Shown here: piece after piece, positions 18,578-30,021 of the stretch
Layout of the letters: every line of letters begins with the position of its first letter
Numbering within the stretch: position 1 is the stretch's first letter
NCBI GenBank assembly: GCA_965242695.1
Contig: CBDESU010000001.1
Coordinates: forward strand, 1,248,001 to 1,312,000
Direction: 5' to 3'
Source of the DNA: Cenarchaeum sp.
GTDB lineage: Archaea > Thermoproteota > Nitrososphaeria > Nitrososphaerales > Nitrosopumilaceae
DNA: 64,000 nt
Notes under the pieces: model-generated
The model's database searches: none
What the model was told of the DNA's origin: nothing
The model's input: only the letters and a program-made list of their open reading frames with translations
Position numbers and translations under genes: made by a program

Positions 18578-19336
18578 TCAGCAGTACCTCCCAACCATCC
18601 TGACGGTCGCATCATGGAGACCATCGATGCTGGTTATGACGGCCTCTACAGGGTTCGCTATGCCTCGCAGCATGCCAGGGCCGAGGCTGCCGCGGATCGA
18701 CCCCGCATCGACCCCGTGCCGCGCGTCGAGTGCCACTACCGCGTTGGCCGATACGCTCCATTCGGACAGGGCCTTTTTCAGGACCTCCGCCATGCGGAGC
18801 AGGGCGGCTGTCCCGGCGGGGGACAGGTGCGTTGCGCCGCCGAGCCTTGCCGCCTCGACACAGCGCCTGCGCAGCCACAGGAGCCATTCCCGCGTGTGGC
18901 GATCGGGGCTCTGCCGGAACGCGGCGGCGATCGCTGCCGATACGCCGGACGAAGCGCCCCTTCCGGGGCGCAGCGCATGCAGGTGCTTTGACTCGTTGAC
19001 CGAAAGCATGCCCCCCTTGCGCATGACAATGTCGATCCCCTTGGAGGCGCTAGTGCCCGCATGCCGCCACTTCGAGTAGAACGGCTCGCCGTAGCCACAC
19101 GCTTCCAGGACCGCTTCGGCCACGATCTCTCCTATGAGCCCCTTCAGATCGGCCGCAGAGATGCCGCGCCGATCTCCCTCTATTGGCATCCGGCCTAGGA
19201 AGAAGGACACCTCGTCTTCCGCATTCGCCTCGCTGCGCATGGTCCGCGTTGCGAGGGCTTCCTCCACTAGCGATCCTAGCCAATCCCCTATGCTGCGGCC
19301 ATCCCTCCTTGCCGCACCGCCTACATGCACCACCAT
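18578..19336 (-). CDS. HamA/DUF1837-like PD-(D/E)XK nuclease
   Basis: DLKGLIGEIVAE...KWRH...SKGIDIV...NESK; directly upstream of the helicase. Confidence 0.65.
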   Translation of the reverse strand: MVVHVGGAARRDGRSIGDWLGSLVEEALATRTMRSEANAEDEVSFFLGRMPIEGDRRGISAADLKGLIGEIVAEAVLEACGYGEPFYSKWRHAGTSASKGIDIVMRKGGMLSVNESKHLHALRPGRGASSGVSAAIAAAFRQSPDRHTREWLLWLRRRCVEAARLGGATHLSPAGTAALLRMAEVLKKALSEWSVSANAVVALDARHGVDAGSIRGSLGPGMLRGIANPVEAVITSIDGLHDATVRMVGRYC

Positions 19337-20034
19337 AAGCCGGCCGTCTAGGCAGTGTCCGCTACCGATCGTGCCGCATGCAAGGAATGCTCCCACGCCT
19401 AGCCCTGACAGCGGCCTTCTAATGTATGTTGCCCCAGCCGCAGGCGTGCGCTGACCGCCCGTCGCATGCTCCAGACCAGGGCAACACCATCGGCCCCTCG
19501 CATGGCACGCAACCCCCGCACGTGCTGGCCGCGCAGAACCCGCAGGCACCTGCAATCCGACGGCTTCTGCCCCTTTTTTCCTGAACGGGAGGCAGCGGCG
19601 CATCCGCGGGCCCGACCACGATCTCGCGTGCGATATTCTGCCCTGCCCGCATGCGTGAGCAGTCTTCAAGGACGGCTCCCGAGCCGCCGGTGCACCCGAC
19701 GGGGAGGCTGTGAAAATCGGGCGCAGGCCATGACATGAATCTCGCGGCCGCATGCTGCCCGTCGCCTGCCGGCCGGCGCGCCTGTCCATTTCACCGCGTC
19801 TCCCGCAGGTGGCGCGACGGCGCAGGTGGCGCCACACAGCTGCAACCCCAAGGCAAAAAAAAAGCCTTCGGCGAGTCTTGGGAGCCGCGCCCGTCGGGGG
19901 CCGGCACCCCTACAGGCGTGCGCAGTGTCATGGCCGCATGCCGCCCGGCCGCACCGGGAGGCGCCCTACCCGCCCATGCGAGCAGGGGCGCGGCGCAGGC
20001 GCACGCTGTCGTCCCCGCCGGTCGGAGGGCGCCC

Positions 20035-20427
20035 CTAGTCGAGCGCGTCGGCATCCTGCGAGCGGGCCTCTTCAAGGTACGCGCGGCGCTCGGCGTTCAC
20101 CCGATCCTGGTCGATGCGCATGTCGTCGTCGACTATGACAATGCTGTTGTTTGAAAAAGAATCGGTTCGCGGACGCGCCCTTGTCTTGGAGCGCGCCCGC
20201 GGCCGCTTCGTCGTAGATCCGGAGGCCGCCTTTGGCTTTGCCTTCGGCTTGGCCTTGGGCTTTGCCGCGGCCTTTGCCTTGGGCTTTGCCGCGGCCTTTG
20301 CCTTCGGCTTGGCCTTGGGCTTTGCCGCGGCCTTTGCCTTCGGCTTGGCCTTGGGCTTTGCCTTGGCCTTGGGTTTGGTGGCGGTCTTGGCCTTCTTGGC
20401 CCGGCCGCCCGCCTTGGCTGCTGCCAT
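20035..20427 (-). CDS. Lys/Ala/Pro-rich (histone H1-like) protein with an acidic C-terminus
   Basis: KPKAKA(AA) repeats followed by IVIVDDDMRIDQDRVNAERRAYLEEARSQ; TTTAAG/CTTAAA TATA-like box just upstream. Confidence 0.75.
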   Translation of the reverse strand: MAAAKAGGRAKKAKTATKPKAKAKPKAKPKAKAAAKPKAKPKAKAAAKPKAKAAAKPKAKPKAKPKAASGSTTKRPRARSKTRARPRTDSFSNNSIVIVDDDMRIDQDRVNAERRAYLEEARSQDADALD

Positions 20428-20497
20428 TGTTGCGCGGCAAAATCGCGTGGATTTAAGGCTAGCGGGGGCAGCGATCGCAGGCAAGTTGCGGCCGGTC

Positions 20498-20560
20498 GGC
20501 GGCGCGGTCAGGGGCGGCGGCGCGGTCAGGGGCGGCGGCGCGGTCAGGGGCGGCGGCGCG
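20498..20560. repeat. 18-bp intergenic tandem repeat, about 3.5 copies
   Basis: ggcggcgcggtcaggggc repeated head to tail. Confidence 0.8.
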
Positions 20561-20643
20561 GGCAGGCCCGGCGGCGGGACGGGCCGGCCCCCGCCCCCGC
20601 CCCCACGCCGCGGCGCGCCCCTGGCGCGCCCGGTTTCCCTCCG

Positions 20644-21054
20644 ATGCCCGGCGGCGCCAGCGTCGGGGGCGCCGCAAAGGCAATTAAGTGCGCGGGGCGG
20701 GGGCGGTGCACGGCGCCACACGGGTATCGCGACAGGATCTTCATTCGCAAGGACATCATACTCACCCTTGCAGAGTACGGAAGGCTCAACGCCACGAACC
20801 TGGCATCGAGTTGCGGCCTGAACATGCTAAAGCACAGGGGCATACTCGATGACCTCGAGGAAAAGGGCATCATCGGTTCGTCCGTCGAGAAGGGCAGGGG
20901 AAGGGACGTCACGTACTACCACGTGACCGAAAAGGGCCTAGAGTTCTGCTCGCGCGTGCTCGACCCGTACGAGGAGATGTTCCCAAGGAGGGGCAGGGGC
21001 GGGAGGGGTTTTAATCCCGGAGGGGGTGGCGACGGTGGGAGGGAGCGGGAATGA
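20644..21054 (+). CDS. Winged-helix DNA-binding protein (start uncertain)
   Basis: YRDRIFIRKDIILTLAEYGRLNATNLASSCGLN...ILDDLEEKGII...YYHVTEKG. Confidence 0.8.
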   Translation: MPGGASVGGAAKAIKCAGRGRCTAPHGYRDRIFIRKDIILTLAEYGRLNATNLASSCGLNMLKHRGILDDLEEKGIIGSSVEKGRGRDVTYYHVTEKGLEFCSRVLDPYEEMFPRRGRGGRGFNPGGGGDGGRERE

Positions 21055-22118
21055 CGCAGGCTGACGGGGGCGGGCAGCGCGGCGGCGGGACCGAGGGCGG
21101 GTCCGGCCGCGCCGGCATCACCGAGTCCATCGACAGCCTGATCGCGCACATGAACGCAAGCCGGCGCCTGTACATGGTCCTCATCGCCGCCGCGTTCGTC
21201 ATCGGGCCGGTCTCGGCGGTGTTTGCCGCCGTCGTTCTCCTCCCCGGGATAGCCACCGAGGTAGGCCCCGGCTACGAGCTGAGCGTGGAGTTCGACGAGG
21301 TCACCGGCGACATGTGGGAGTACTACGGCCTGCCGGCCAACCACACGATCGGCACGTACAGCGGCCCGTTCACCGGCAAGATGCTCGGCCACCACACCGA
21401 CGTGGACGGCAACCTGATAACAGGCGCGGGCATGGAGGACGGCGAGTACGGCGTGTTCTACGGCGAGTTCGTCGGCGACTTCGGCGGCGAGCGCGCCGTT
21501 CTGACCGGCGAGATGCTCGGCGAGTTCACCGGCGAGGTGCACAGCATCGCCGACGAGGGCAGGATGCCGGTGACCGACACGGACGACCACCTATACTACG
21601 TCTCGATCGGCGTGTACGAGGGCAGGTTCGACGGCGACTTTCTCGGCATGTTCTTCGGGGCGGCCAACCAGACGGCGCTCGAGGCGGTCGTCGACGGGGG
21701 CAACTTTGGCGAGTACCTGGACGACGGCGCCGCCGGGTCGTACAGCGTCTCGTACGTGCCGGACGGGGAGATCGCGGGGCTGGACGGCGGCGGCGGGGAC
21801 GAAGACTACGAGCCGCGCTTTGCCGCGTACGGGGTCGACGGGGACGGCGTGCACAGGCACACGGACATTACGGCCGCCGTCACGGCCCTCGTCGTGGCTG
21901 TAGCCGGCGCATCGGCCGTCGTCCTGTACGTCGGGATGCGCGAGGCAAGGTTCTACAGGAAGTGGGGCGAGCGGTTCGAGAGGTACGTCAGGACAAGGGA
22001 AGAGGCAGACAGGGAGATGCGCCTCGAGCTGGGCGGCGGAGATGACGAGAACAGGGATGCGGCGGCCGGGGAGGCCACGGCGGCGGCCGGGGAGGCCGAT
22101 GCCGGCAGGCGGCAGTAG
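21051..22118 (+). CDS. Membrane protein with a large acidic Gly-rich loop between TM segments
   Basis: TM LYMVLIAAAFVIGPVSAVFAAVVLL; repeated G-x-F-x-G motifs; second TM followed by REARFYRKWGERFERY; ATGA overlap with the wHTH gene. Confidence 0.78.
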   Translation: MTQADGGGQRGGGTEGGSGRAGITESIDSLIAHMNASRRLYMVLIAAAFVIGPVSAVFAAVVLLPGIATEVGPGYELSVEFDEVTGDMWEYYGLPANHTIGTYSGPFTGKMLGHHTDVDGNLITGAGMEDGEYGVFYGEFVGDFGGERAVLTGEMLGEFTGEVHSIADEGRMPVTDTDDHLYYVSIGVYEGRFDGDFLGMFFGAANQTALEAVVDGGNFGEYLDDGAAGSYSVSYVPDGEIAGLDGGGGDEDYEPRFAAYGVDGDGVHRHTDITAAVTALVVAVAGASAVVLYVGMREARFYRKWGERFERYVRTREEADREMRLELGGGDDENRDAAAGEATAAAGEADAGRRQ

Positions 22119-22124
22119 CGTATA

Positions 22125-22201
22125 TGGTGCCAGGGGCGGGATTTGAACGCGCGACAGCTCGGTCTTCAGCCGAGTGCTCTCCCGGGCTGAGCTACCCTGG
22201 C
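22125..22201 (-). tRNA. tRNA-Phe (GAA), CCA encoded
   Basis: Reverse complement GCCAGGGTAGCTCAGCCCGGGAGAGCACTCGGCTGAAGACCGAGCTGTCGCGCGTTCAAATCCCGCCCCTGGCACCA forms a cloverleaf with anticodon GAA. Confidence 0.96.
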
Positions 22202-22227
22202 ACGGCGCGCCCCGGCCCCGATCCCGA

Positions 22228-22776
22228 TTAAAGGGTATCTTTGGGGCGCCACGGCACGTCGGGCACGCCGGCGCGCGCGTTGGCCGCGCGCGCCATCGCA
22301 AACAGCAGGTCCGAGAGGCGGTTGACATACGGCAGGCAGCAGGGGCCGACGTGCCCGTCGATCGACGCAATGTGCGTCTCGGCGCGGCGCACGGCCGCGC
22401 GCGCAAGGTGCAGCGCGGCCGCGGCGCGCGATCCCCCGGGCAGGACGAACGAGGAGAGCGGCTCGAGCGACTCGTCTAGCGCATCAATGTCGCGCTCGAG
22501 CCGATCCACGTCGCCGGCGGACATACGGACCGGCGCGGCGCTGCCGGGGTCGGGATCGGACAGGTCGGCGCCGACCGAGAACAGCTCGGACTGGAGCCGG
22601 GCCGCGATGGCGGCAAGCGGGCCGCCGGCATCGAGCTCGCATGCGGCCAGGCCGAGCGCGCAGTTGGCCTCGTCGATCGCGCCGTACGCCATTATGCGCG
22701 CGTCCGACTTTGCAACGCGCCGCCCGCCCTGCAGCCCCGTCTCTCCCCCGTCGCCCGTCCTCGTGTAGATTTTCAC
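22228..22776 (-). CDS. Cob(I)alamin adenosyltransferase (PduO type)
   Basis: MKIYTRTGDGGETGL...RVAK...AYGAIDEAN...FVLPGG...ARAAVRRAE...YVNRLSDLLF. Confidence 0.95.
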   Translation of the reverse strand: MKIYTRTGDGGETGLQGGRRVAKSDARIMAYGAIDEANCALGLAACELDAGGPLAAIAARLQSELFSVGADLSDPDPGSAAPVRMSAGDVDRLERDIDALDESLEPLSSFVLPGGSRAAAALHLARAAVRRAETHIASIDGHVGPCCLPYVNRLSDLLFAMARAANARAGVPDVPWRPKDTL

Positions 22777-22891
22777 GGCGGCGGGGCGGCGGGCGGCCCC
22801 GTATATCTGCGGCGCAGGGCGCGCCCTGCATGCGCCCGCCTCCGCGCCCGGGGGGCGCAGGGGGCAAGCGCCGCGGCAGGAGCGCGGCGCC

Positions 22892-22990
22892 CTGCCCGGC
22901 GGCCCGCCCCGGCCCCGCCGCCATTTGCGGCCCCGCCGGCCACCCTGCGCAGGTCGTTTCTGCCCGGCGGCCCGCCCCGGCCCCGCCGCC
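22892..22990. repeat. Repeat-spacer-repeat locus E: exact 31-bp repeats, 37-bp spacer
   Basis: ctgcccggcggcccgccccggccccgccgcc at 22892-22922 and 22960-22990, period 68. Confidence 0.88.
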
Positions 22991-22991
22991 G

Positions 22992-24473
22992 CTATCCCAT
23001 CAGCAGGTACAGCCAGAGCGGAACGACAGCCGTCCTGTCCCCGATCAGGCCCGTCGTGTCGCGCGAGACGGCCACCGACAGCGGCGGGTCAAAGCGGCGC
23101 GAAAATCGCGACAGGCCGTCCAGATCCTGCTTGTCTACCCGCCGCCTGTACTTGATCTCTATCGGGACGGGGCCCCCGCGCAGCCTTATGACCTGGTCGA
23201 CCTCGGCCTTGCCGCCGTCGTGCCAGTGGTACGGCATGGTATTGGCCGATGAGGGGGCAAGCAGCCTCCACAGCAGCCGCGTGTGCTGGCCGGCCACCGT
23301 CTCGGCCATCATCCCCGTCTCCGCGGGATCGTCGACTTCGTCGGGCCCCGCCGGATGCGCCGTGACGTTGCGCAGACCGACGTCGTTTATGTACACCTTG
23401 TGCGCCTTGCGGTATCGTATTGCAGGGCTGGGGGTGTAAAATCTCGAGTACGACGCAAGGAACGCATGCTCCAAGAGGGCGCAGTACAGGTCGACGGTGT
23501 TTTTTTTGACCCCGAGATCGCTCGACATTCCGTCCTTGTTGATCATGTGCGGGGACCTCCATGAGAGTTGGTAAAAGAGGGCGTCGAGGACGTCTAGGTG
23601 CCTCACTCCGCCGACCCTCGACACGTCCTTGTAGAGGGCGAGGTCCCTGTGCATTCTGATCGTCTCGGCCTTGTCTGCATGGTCCGCTCTGCCGGCCGCC
23701 TTTGGGTATCCCCCGTACAGCATGTATTCGGAAAGGTGCCGCAGGAGATCGTCCTTGGCCGCAGCAAGGTCGAGCGAGGCGCGCCGGACGCCCTCGTAGA
23801 AGGGCCGCGCATCGCCCGCCGCGGCAGACTCGCCGAGGCTCTTGCGCATGCCCGATCCGGCCGCCTCCAGGGCCTCGGCATGCCCGGGATCCCTGAACTC
23901 GACATAGTCGGCAAACCTCATAGTGGGCACCGTCTGGTGCCATACGCGCCCTACGAGTGACTCGGACGAGCCGGCAAATATGTCAGCGCTCGACGATCCA
24001 GACACGACGAATTTTATTGGATGCGACTGGTCCACAATGTTCTTGACTGTGCGCTGCCAGTTGTGGACCAGGTGAATCTCGTCGAGGATGGCATGCACCT
24101 TCCCCCCAAGCTCGTAGAGTGACTCGCCGAGGATGTCGCTAACATACAGCTCAAGCAGGCGCAGCATGTTTCCCTCTTCAGGGACCAGGCCGCGCGCATC
24201 AAAGGTGAGGAACAGTATCCGCTTGGGATCAGTGCCGGACGAGAGAAGATGCTCAATCAGCTGGTACAGCATGGTCGTCTTGCCGACCTGCCGTGCGCCC
24301 AGGATGCCTTGGACGGGCCACTTGCCCAAGTGGCCCACCATGACATGGTAGTCGCGCAGCTTGAACGGGTGCTGCAGTTGCGACGGCATTACTCTCGTCC
24401 TCCACCACGGGTTCAATTGCCGCATAGCCTGCAGCAGTCTTTCGTCGTCAACGCTGTCGCCGTTAAGAGCCAT
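22992..24473 (-). CDS. AAA_14 ATPase with DUF4143 / C-terminal PD-(D/E)XK domain
   Basis: NPWW; GARQVGKTT; ILDEIH; SGSS; YMLYGGYP; KVYINDVGL; EVDQV...PIEIKY. Confidence 0.9.
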   Translation of the reverse strand: MALNGDSVDDERLLQAMRQLNPWWRTRVMPSQLQHPFKLRDYHVMVGHLGKWPVQGILGARQVGKTTMLYQLIEHLLSSGTDPKRILFLTFDARGLVPEEGNMLRLLELYVSDILGESLYELGGKVHAILDEIHLVHNWQRTVKNIVDQSHPIKFVVSGSSSADIFAGSSESLVGRVWHQTVPTMRFADYVEFRDPGHAEALEAAGSGMRKSLGESAAAGDARPFYEGVRRASLDLAAAKDDLLRHLSEYMLYGGYPKAAGRADHADKAETIRMHRDLALYKDVSRVGGVRHLDVLDALFYQLSWRSPHMINKDGMSSDLGVKKNTVDLYCALLEHAFLASYSRFYTPSPAIRYRKAHKVYINDVGLRNVTAHPAGPDEVDDPAETGMMAETVAGQHTRLLWRLLAPSSANTMPYHWHDGGKAEVDQVIRLRGGPVPIEIKYRRRVDKQDLDGLSRFSRRFDPPLSVAVSRDTTGLIGDRTAVVPLWLYLLMG

Positions 24474-24686
24474 ACTGCATGCCCGACCCCATAGCAGTAT
24501 TTAAGTCCTCTATGAAGTCTTTAACAACGAAATAGCTTGTCTGTATGAAGAGTTTAACAGCAAGTATTTTATACCATACTATAGGCTTAATAATGCCAAT
24601 AATAGCTTATATAAAGTCTTAATCGTAGCCATAAACAAAGTTTACAACATTCTTACCAGGATTTGGGCGGATTTGAAATCACATGG

Positions 24687-24783
24687 GGCTTAAAACTGGG
24701 TATTTATGCCCTTATCAATGGCTTAAAACTGGGCATTTATGCCCTTATCAATGGCTTAAAACTGGGCATTTATGCCCTTATCA
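24687..24783. repeat. 33-bp AT-rich tandem repeat, about 3 copies, in a divergent promoter region
   Basis: ggcttaaaactggg(t/c)atttatgcccttatcaat starting at 24687, 24720 and 24753. Confidence 0.92.
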
Positions 24784-24855
24784 GGCTCATACACAGTATT
24801 TTCACCGGCCCGCTGTTCGCAGGCCCGACGCCGATCCCACGTCAAAACCCGTTAT

Positions 24856-26133
24856 ATGGCCGGATTGCGGCGGCAATCCGTGCAGGGATACGGCAGAAGC
24901 GGCGGGACGGCCGAGGATTGCCACCGGCACGGCCTAGAGCAGGCCAAGAAGGGCGACTTTGCAGGCGCCGCGGCCAGCCACGCCGATGCCGTGCGGCTCG
25001 ACCCCTCGCATGCCGCCGCCCACGAGGAGCGCGGCATGGCGCTGCTCGAGATCAAGAGGTACGCGACGGCGCGCAGGTCGCTTGCGGCGGCCATGCGCCT
25101 TGGCGGGCCCACTCCCGGCCTGTGCATGGCAAGGGGCAGGGCCATGGCGGGGCTGAGCCGGCACAGGGAGGCCGTCAGGTGGTACCGCAGGGCCGCCAAG
25201 ATGGATCCCGCCCTCGTCGAGGCGTACGCAGAGGCGGCGCGCGGGCTGGAGGCGATGGGCATGGTTGACGAGGCAAAGAGGGAGTGCGACAGGGCCATCA
25301 AGGCGCGCCCGTCGAGCGCGGCCGCGTGCCTGATGAAGGCCGACATGCTGGTCCGCTACGAGCGCGACGGCGGGGCGTCCGAGCTGTACGACAGGGCCAT
25401 CGCGCTGGATCCGTCAAGCGCCGAAGCGCATGCGGGTCGGAGCCGCATGCTGTGGAGGGGCGGCGGCGACGAGGAGGGGGCCCTCGCGTCGATTCGCGAG
25501 GCGATCAGGCTGCGCCCCGACAGCGCAGAGCTGCGCCGCATCGAGGGCAGGATGCTGGCAGCGCTTGGCAGGGGTGGCGAGGTGTCCGAGCACCTCGGCC
25601 GCGTGCGCGAGATCTACGCGGGCGACCCGGAGACGCTGTGCGAGATGGCAGAGGCGCTCGAGAAGGACGGGCGTCCGGACGAGGCGCTTGCGGCCTACGG
25701 CGAGGCGGCGGCAGTGTCGGACAACGGCATTGCGCACCTGCTGCGCGGCGAGCTGCACGCAAAGATGGGCAGGCACCGCGAGGCAGTGGCGGACTTTGAC
25801 GAGTCGCTTCGGAGGGGCGAGGGCGGCATCGACGCGCACCTCTACAAGGGGAACTCGCTCAGGGCGCTCGGGGATGTGCTCGGCGCGGCCAGGTCGTACA
25901 AGAGGGCCCTCCGCATGTTTCCCGAATCGGCGGATCTGTGCGAGGGCATGGCCGCGGCGCTCGGCGATCTTGGCAGGGAAGAGGGCGCCGCCAAGTACAG
26001 GGCAAGGGCAAAGACCCGCGCCGCAAGGACGGCGAGCATGATCGAAGGCTTCAAGGGGATGCTCCAGGGCGAGGAAAAGGAAGAGATGTGTGCCGTGGTG
26101 AGGGACTGGACGTTTGACAGGCCGTGGAAGTAG
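24856..26133 (+). CDS. Tetratricopeptide repeat protein
   Basis: Many 34-aa units such as AAAHEERGMALLEIKRYATARRSLAAAMRLG and DAHLYKGNSLRALGDVLGAARSYKRALRMFP. Confidence 0.88.
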   Translation: MAGLRRQSVQGYGRSGGTAEDCHRHGLEQAKKGDFAGAAASHADAVRLDPSHAAAHEERGMALLEIKRYATARRSLAAAMRLGGPTPGLCMARGRAMAGLSRHREAVRWYRRAAKMDPALVEAYAEAARGLEAMGMVDEAKRECDRAIKARPSSAAACLMKADMLVRYERDGGASELYDRAIALDPSSAEAHAGRSRMLWRGGGDEEGALASIREAIRLRPDSAELRRIEGRMLAALGRGGEVSEHLGRVREIYAGDPETLCEMAEALEKDGRPDEALAAYGEAAAVSDNGIAHLLRGELHAKMGRHREAVADFDESLRRGEGGIDAHLYKGNSLRALGDVLGAARSYKRALRMFPESADLCEGMAAALGDLGREEGAAKYRARAKTRAARTASMIEGFKGMLQGEEKEEMCAVVRDWTFDRPWK

Positions 26134-26210
26134 ACGGACGGCCGCGGGCGGCAGGTGCGCCGCGGCCGCGGCGCGCCGTCCGTGCATAAAAAACAGAGCA
26201 GGAGTGCTTC

Positions 26211-26978
26211 CTACTTGGATGTGCTCTGTTCGATGGTCCTGAGAAGCTCGTTGTTGGCCTTTAGGAGGCTGTTGTTCTCGCGGAGCATGCCGTCCTCCTT
26301 TGTCAGGACGCTGTTGTTCTCGCGAAGAATCTTGTTGTTCTCCCTGAGAAGCCCGTCCTCCTGTGTCAGGACGCCGTTGTTCTCCTTGAGCATGGCATAG
26401 TTCTCCTTGAGCAGCGAGTTGTTCTCCACGAGTAGGCCGTCCTCCCTCGTCAGGACGCCGTTGTTCTCGCGAAGGATCTTGTTGTTCTCGCGGAGCAGGC
26501 CGTCCTCCTTTGTCAGGACGCCGTTGTTCTCGCGGAGCATCGCGTGGTTCTCCTTGAGGAGCGCGTTGTTCTCGCGGAGCATGCCGTCCTCCTTTGTCAA
26601 GACGCCGTTGTTCTCCTTGAGGAGCGCGTTGTTCTCGGCGAGCGTCGACGAGTCATCCTTGAGGATGCCGTTGTTCTGCACAAGTATGCCGTTGTTCTCC
26701 TTGAGGAGTCCGTTGTTCTGGGTGAGGATGCCGTTGTTGTCCTTTAGCATGCCGTTGTTCTGGGTGAGGATGCCGTTGTTCTCCTTGAGGATGCCGTTGT
26801 TCTCGGTCAAGAGACCGTCCTCCTGCTTGAGCATGCCGTTGTTCTCGGTGAGCAGGCCGTTGTTCTCGCGCAGGATGGCGGCGCTGTCGCTGACGGCCCT
26901 AGCTAGGGCCTTGATGTCCTTGTCCTGCTGGTCGAGCTTCTGTAGGATGGTTGCCAGTGCATCAGATTCTGCTGACAT
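26211..26978 (-). CDS. Heptad-repeat coiled-coil protein, about 30 x L-x-E-N-N-G-[ILMV]
   Basis: MSAESDALATILQKLD then LRENNGL LTENNGM LKQEDGL...; 21-bp DNA period. Confidence 0.85.
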   Translation of the reverse strand: MSAESDALATILQKLDQQDKDIKALARAVSDSAAILRENNGLLTENNGMLKQEDGLLTENNGILKENNGILTQNNGMLKDNNGILTQNNGLLKENNGILVQNNGILKDDSSTLAENNALLKENNGVLTKEDGMLRENNALLKENHAMLRENNGVLTKEDGLLRENNKILRENNGVLTREDGLLVENNSLLKENYAMLKENNGVLTQEDGLLRENNKILRENNSVLTKEDGMLRENNSLLKANNELLRTIEQSTSK

Positions 26979-27638
26979 TGATGCGGCGGGGCGCCATGGG
27001 GCTATTATACCATGCGCGCATGCGCGATGCGTGCTAGGGGGCGGCAGGGTTCCCGCGCCGCCGCGGGGCCGCCGGCCGCCCGCGGCAGGCGTTGGATGCC
27101 CGTTGCATGGAGCGCGGCGAGGGGCGGGCTGCGCTTCCGCGCCGCGCCGCGCCGCCCGGTGCGGTCCTGCGCGCCTCTGCGCGCGCGGGCCGTGCCCGCC
27201 CTCCGGCCTTGCGCATGCTGCATGCGGCCGGCCATTCCCGCGTCCAGGCGCCCGCCCTGTGCGGCCCGTCCGGCCTCGGGGCATGCAGGGACGGCGCGGC
27301 GGCCGCCCCGATCCACCGCCGGGCGAACCGGCCGCCGCCACGCCCTCTCAGCCTTCCGCTGCGCGCCCCCGAGCGCAGGCGCGAGCGGACTAGGTCGGCG
27401 CGTCCGGCATGCGGGCCGCGAGCGTGCCATGGGTGGGATCGGGCATGCATGCCGGGGCGCCCCCGCGTCCGGATGCGGCGCGGCGCGCGGCCAACGGCGG
27501 CGGCCCCCAATCCCCGGCATCCCTCCACGGTTCCCCACGGCGAGCGTGCAGCCGATCCCGCCGGCCAGATCCGCATCCCGCGCCGGCGCAGCGGGCGGCC
27601 GCGCCACCGCCCCGCATCCAGGGGCGAGCCGTCCCCCG

Positions 27639-29648
<2,010 letters not shown>

Positions 29649-30021
29649 GCCGGCGCCGCCCCGCCGCATGCCATTAAACCGTTCGGCCGCCCGCCTGCGG
29701 GGCCTGCTCCCGTCCCCGGCGCCGCAGGGCATGCACGGATGCTGCGCGCAGGGCGGCATCAACCGCGGCCCCGCTGCCGGCACCGGCGCAGCCGGGCTGC
29801 CCGCCTGCGCGCCCGCAGGCCGTCGCAGGGCAACCTGCGCGGCCCGAGGCGGCATCGACAGGCGCGATCGGATCCCTGGCAGGGTAGGATATGATTGGAA
29901 GGGCTACAAATCGTTATACGCGGCGCCTGCGCGGCGCCGGCATGAAGTCGCCCTGGCAGGAGGCCGCCGCATGGGGCCCCCGAGGCCGCCCATAGACGAT
30001 TCGTGCGGAGGTCGTCGAAAA

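Noticed and set aside
24687-24783. 33-bp repeats as a CRISPR array or as the ORF 24663-25268
   Set aside because: The copies are head to tail with no spacers; the ORF is a by-product of the 33-bp period and overlaps the TPR gene
26979-27638. Long ORFs on both strands between the heptad gene and acs
   Set aside because: Low-complexity GC-rich intergenic DNA with no motifs, and no 70-bp repeat unit found by eye
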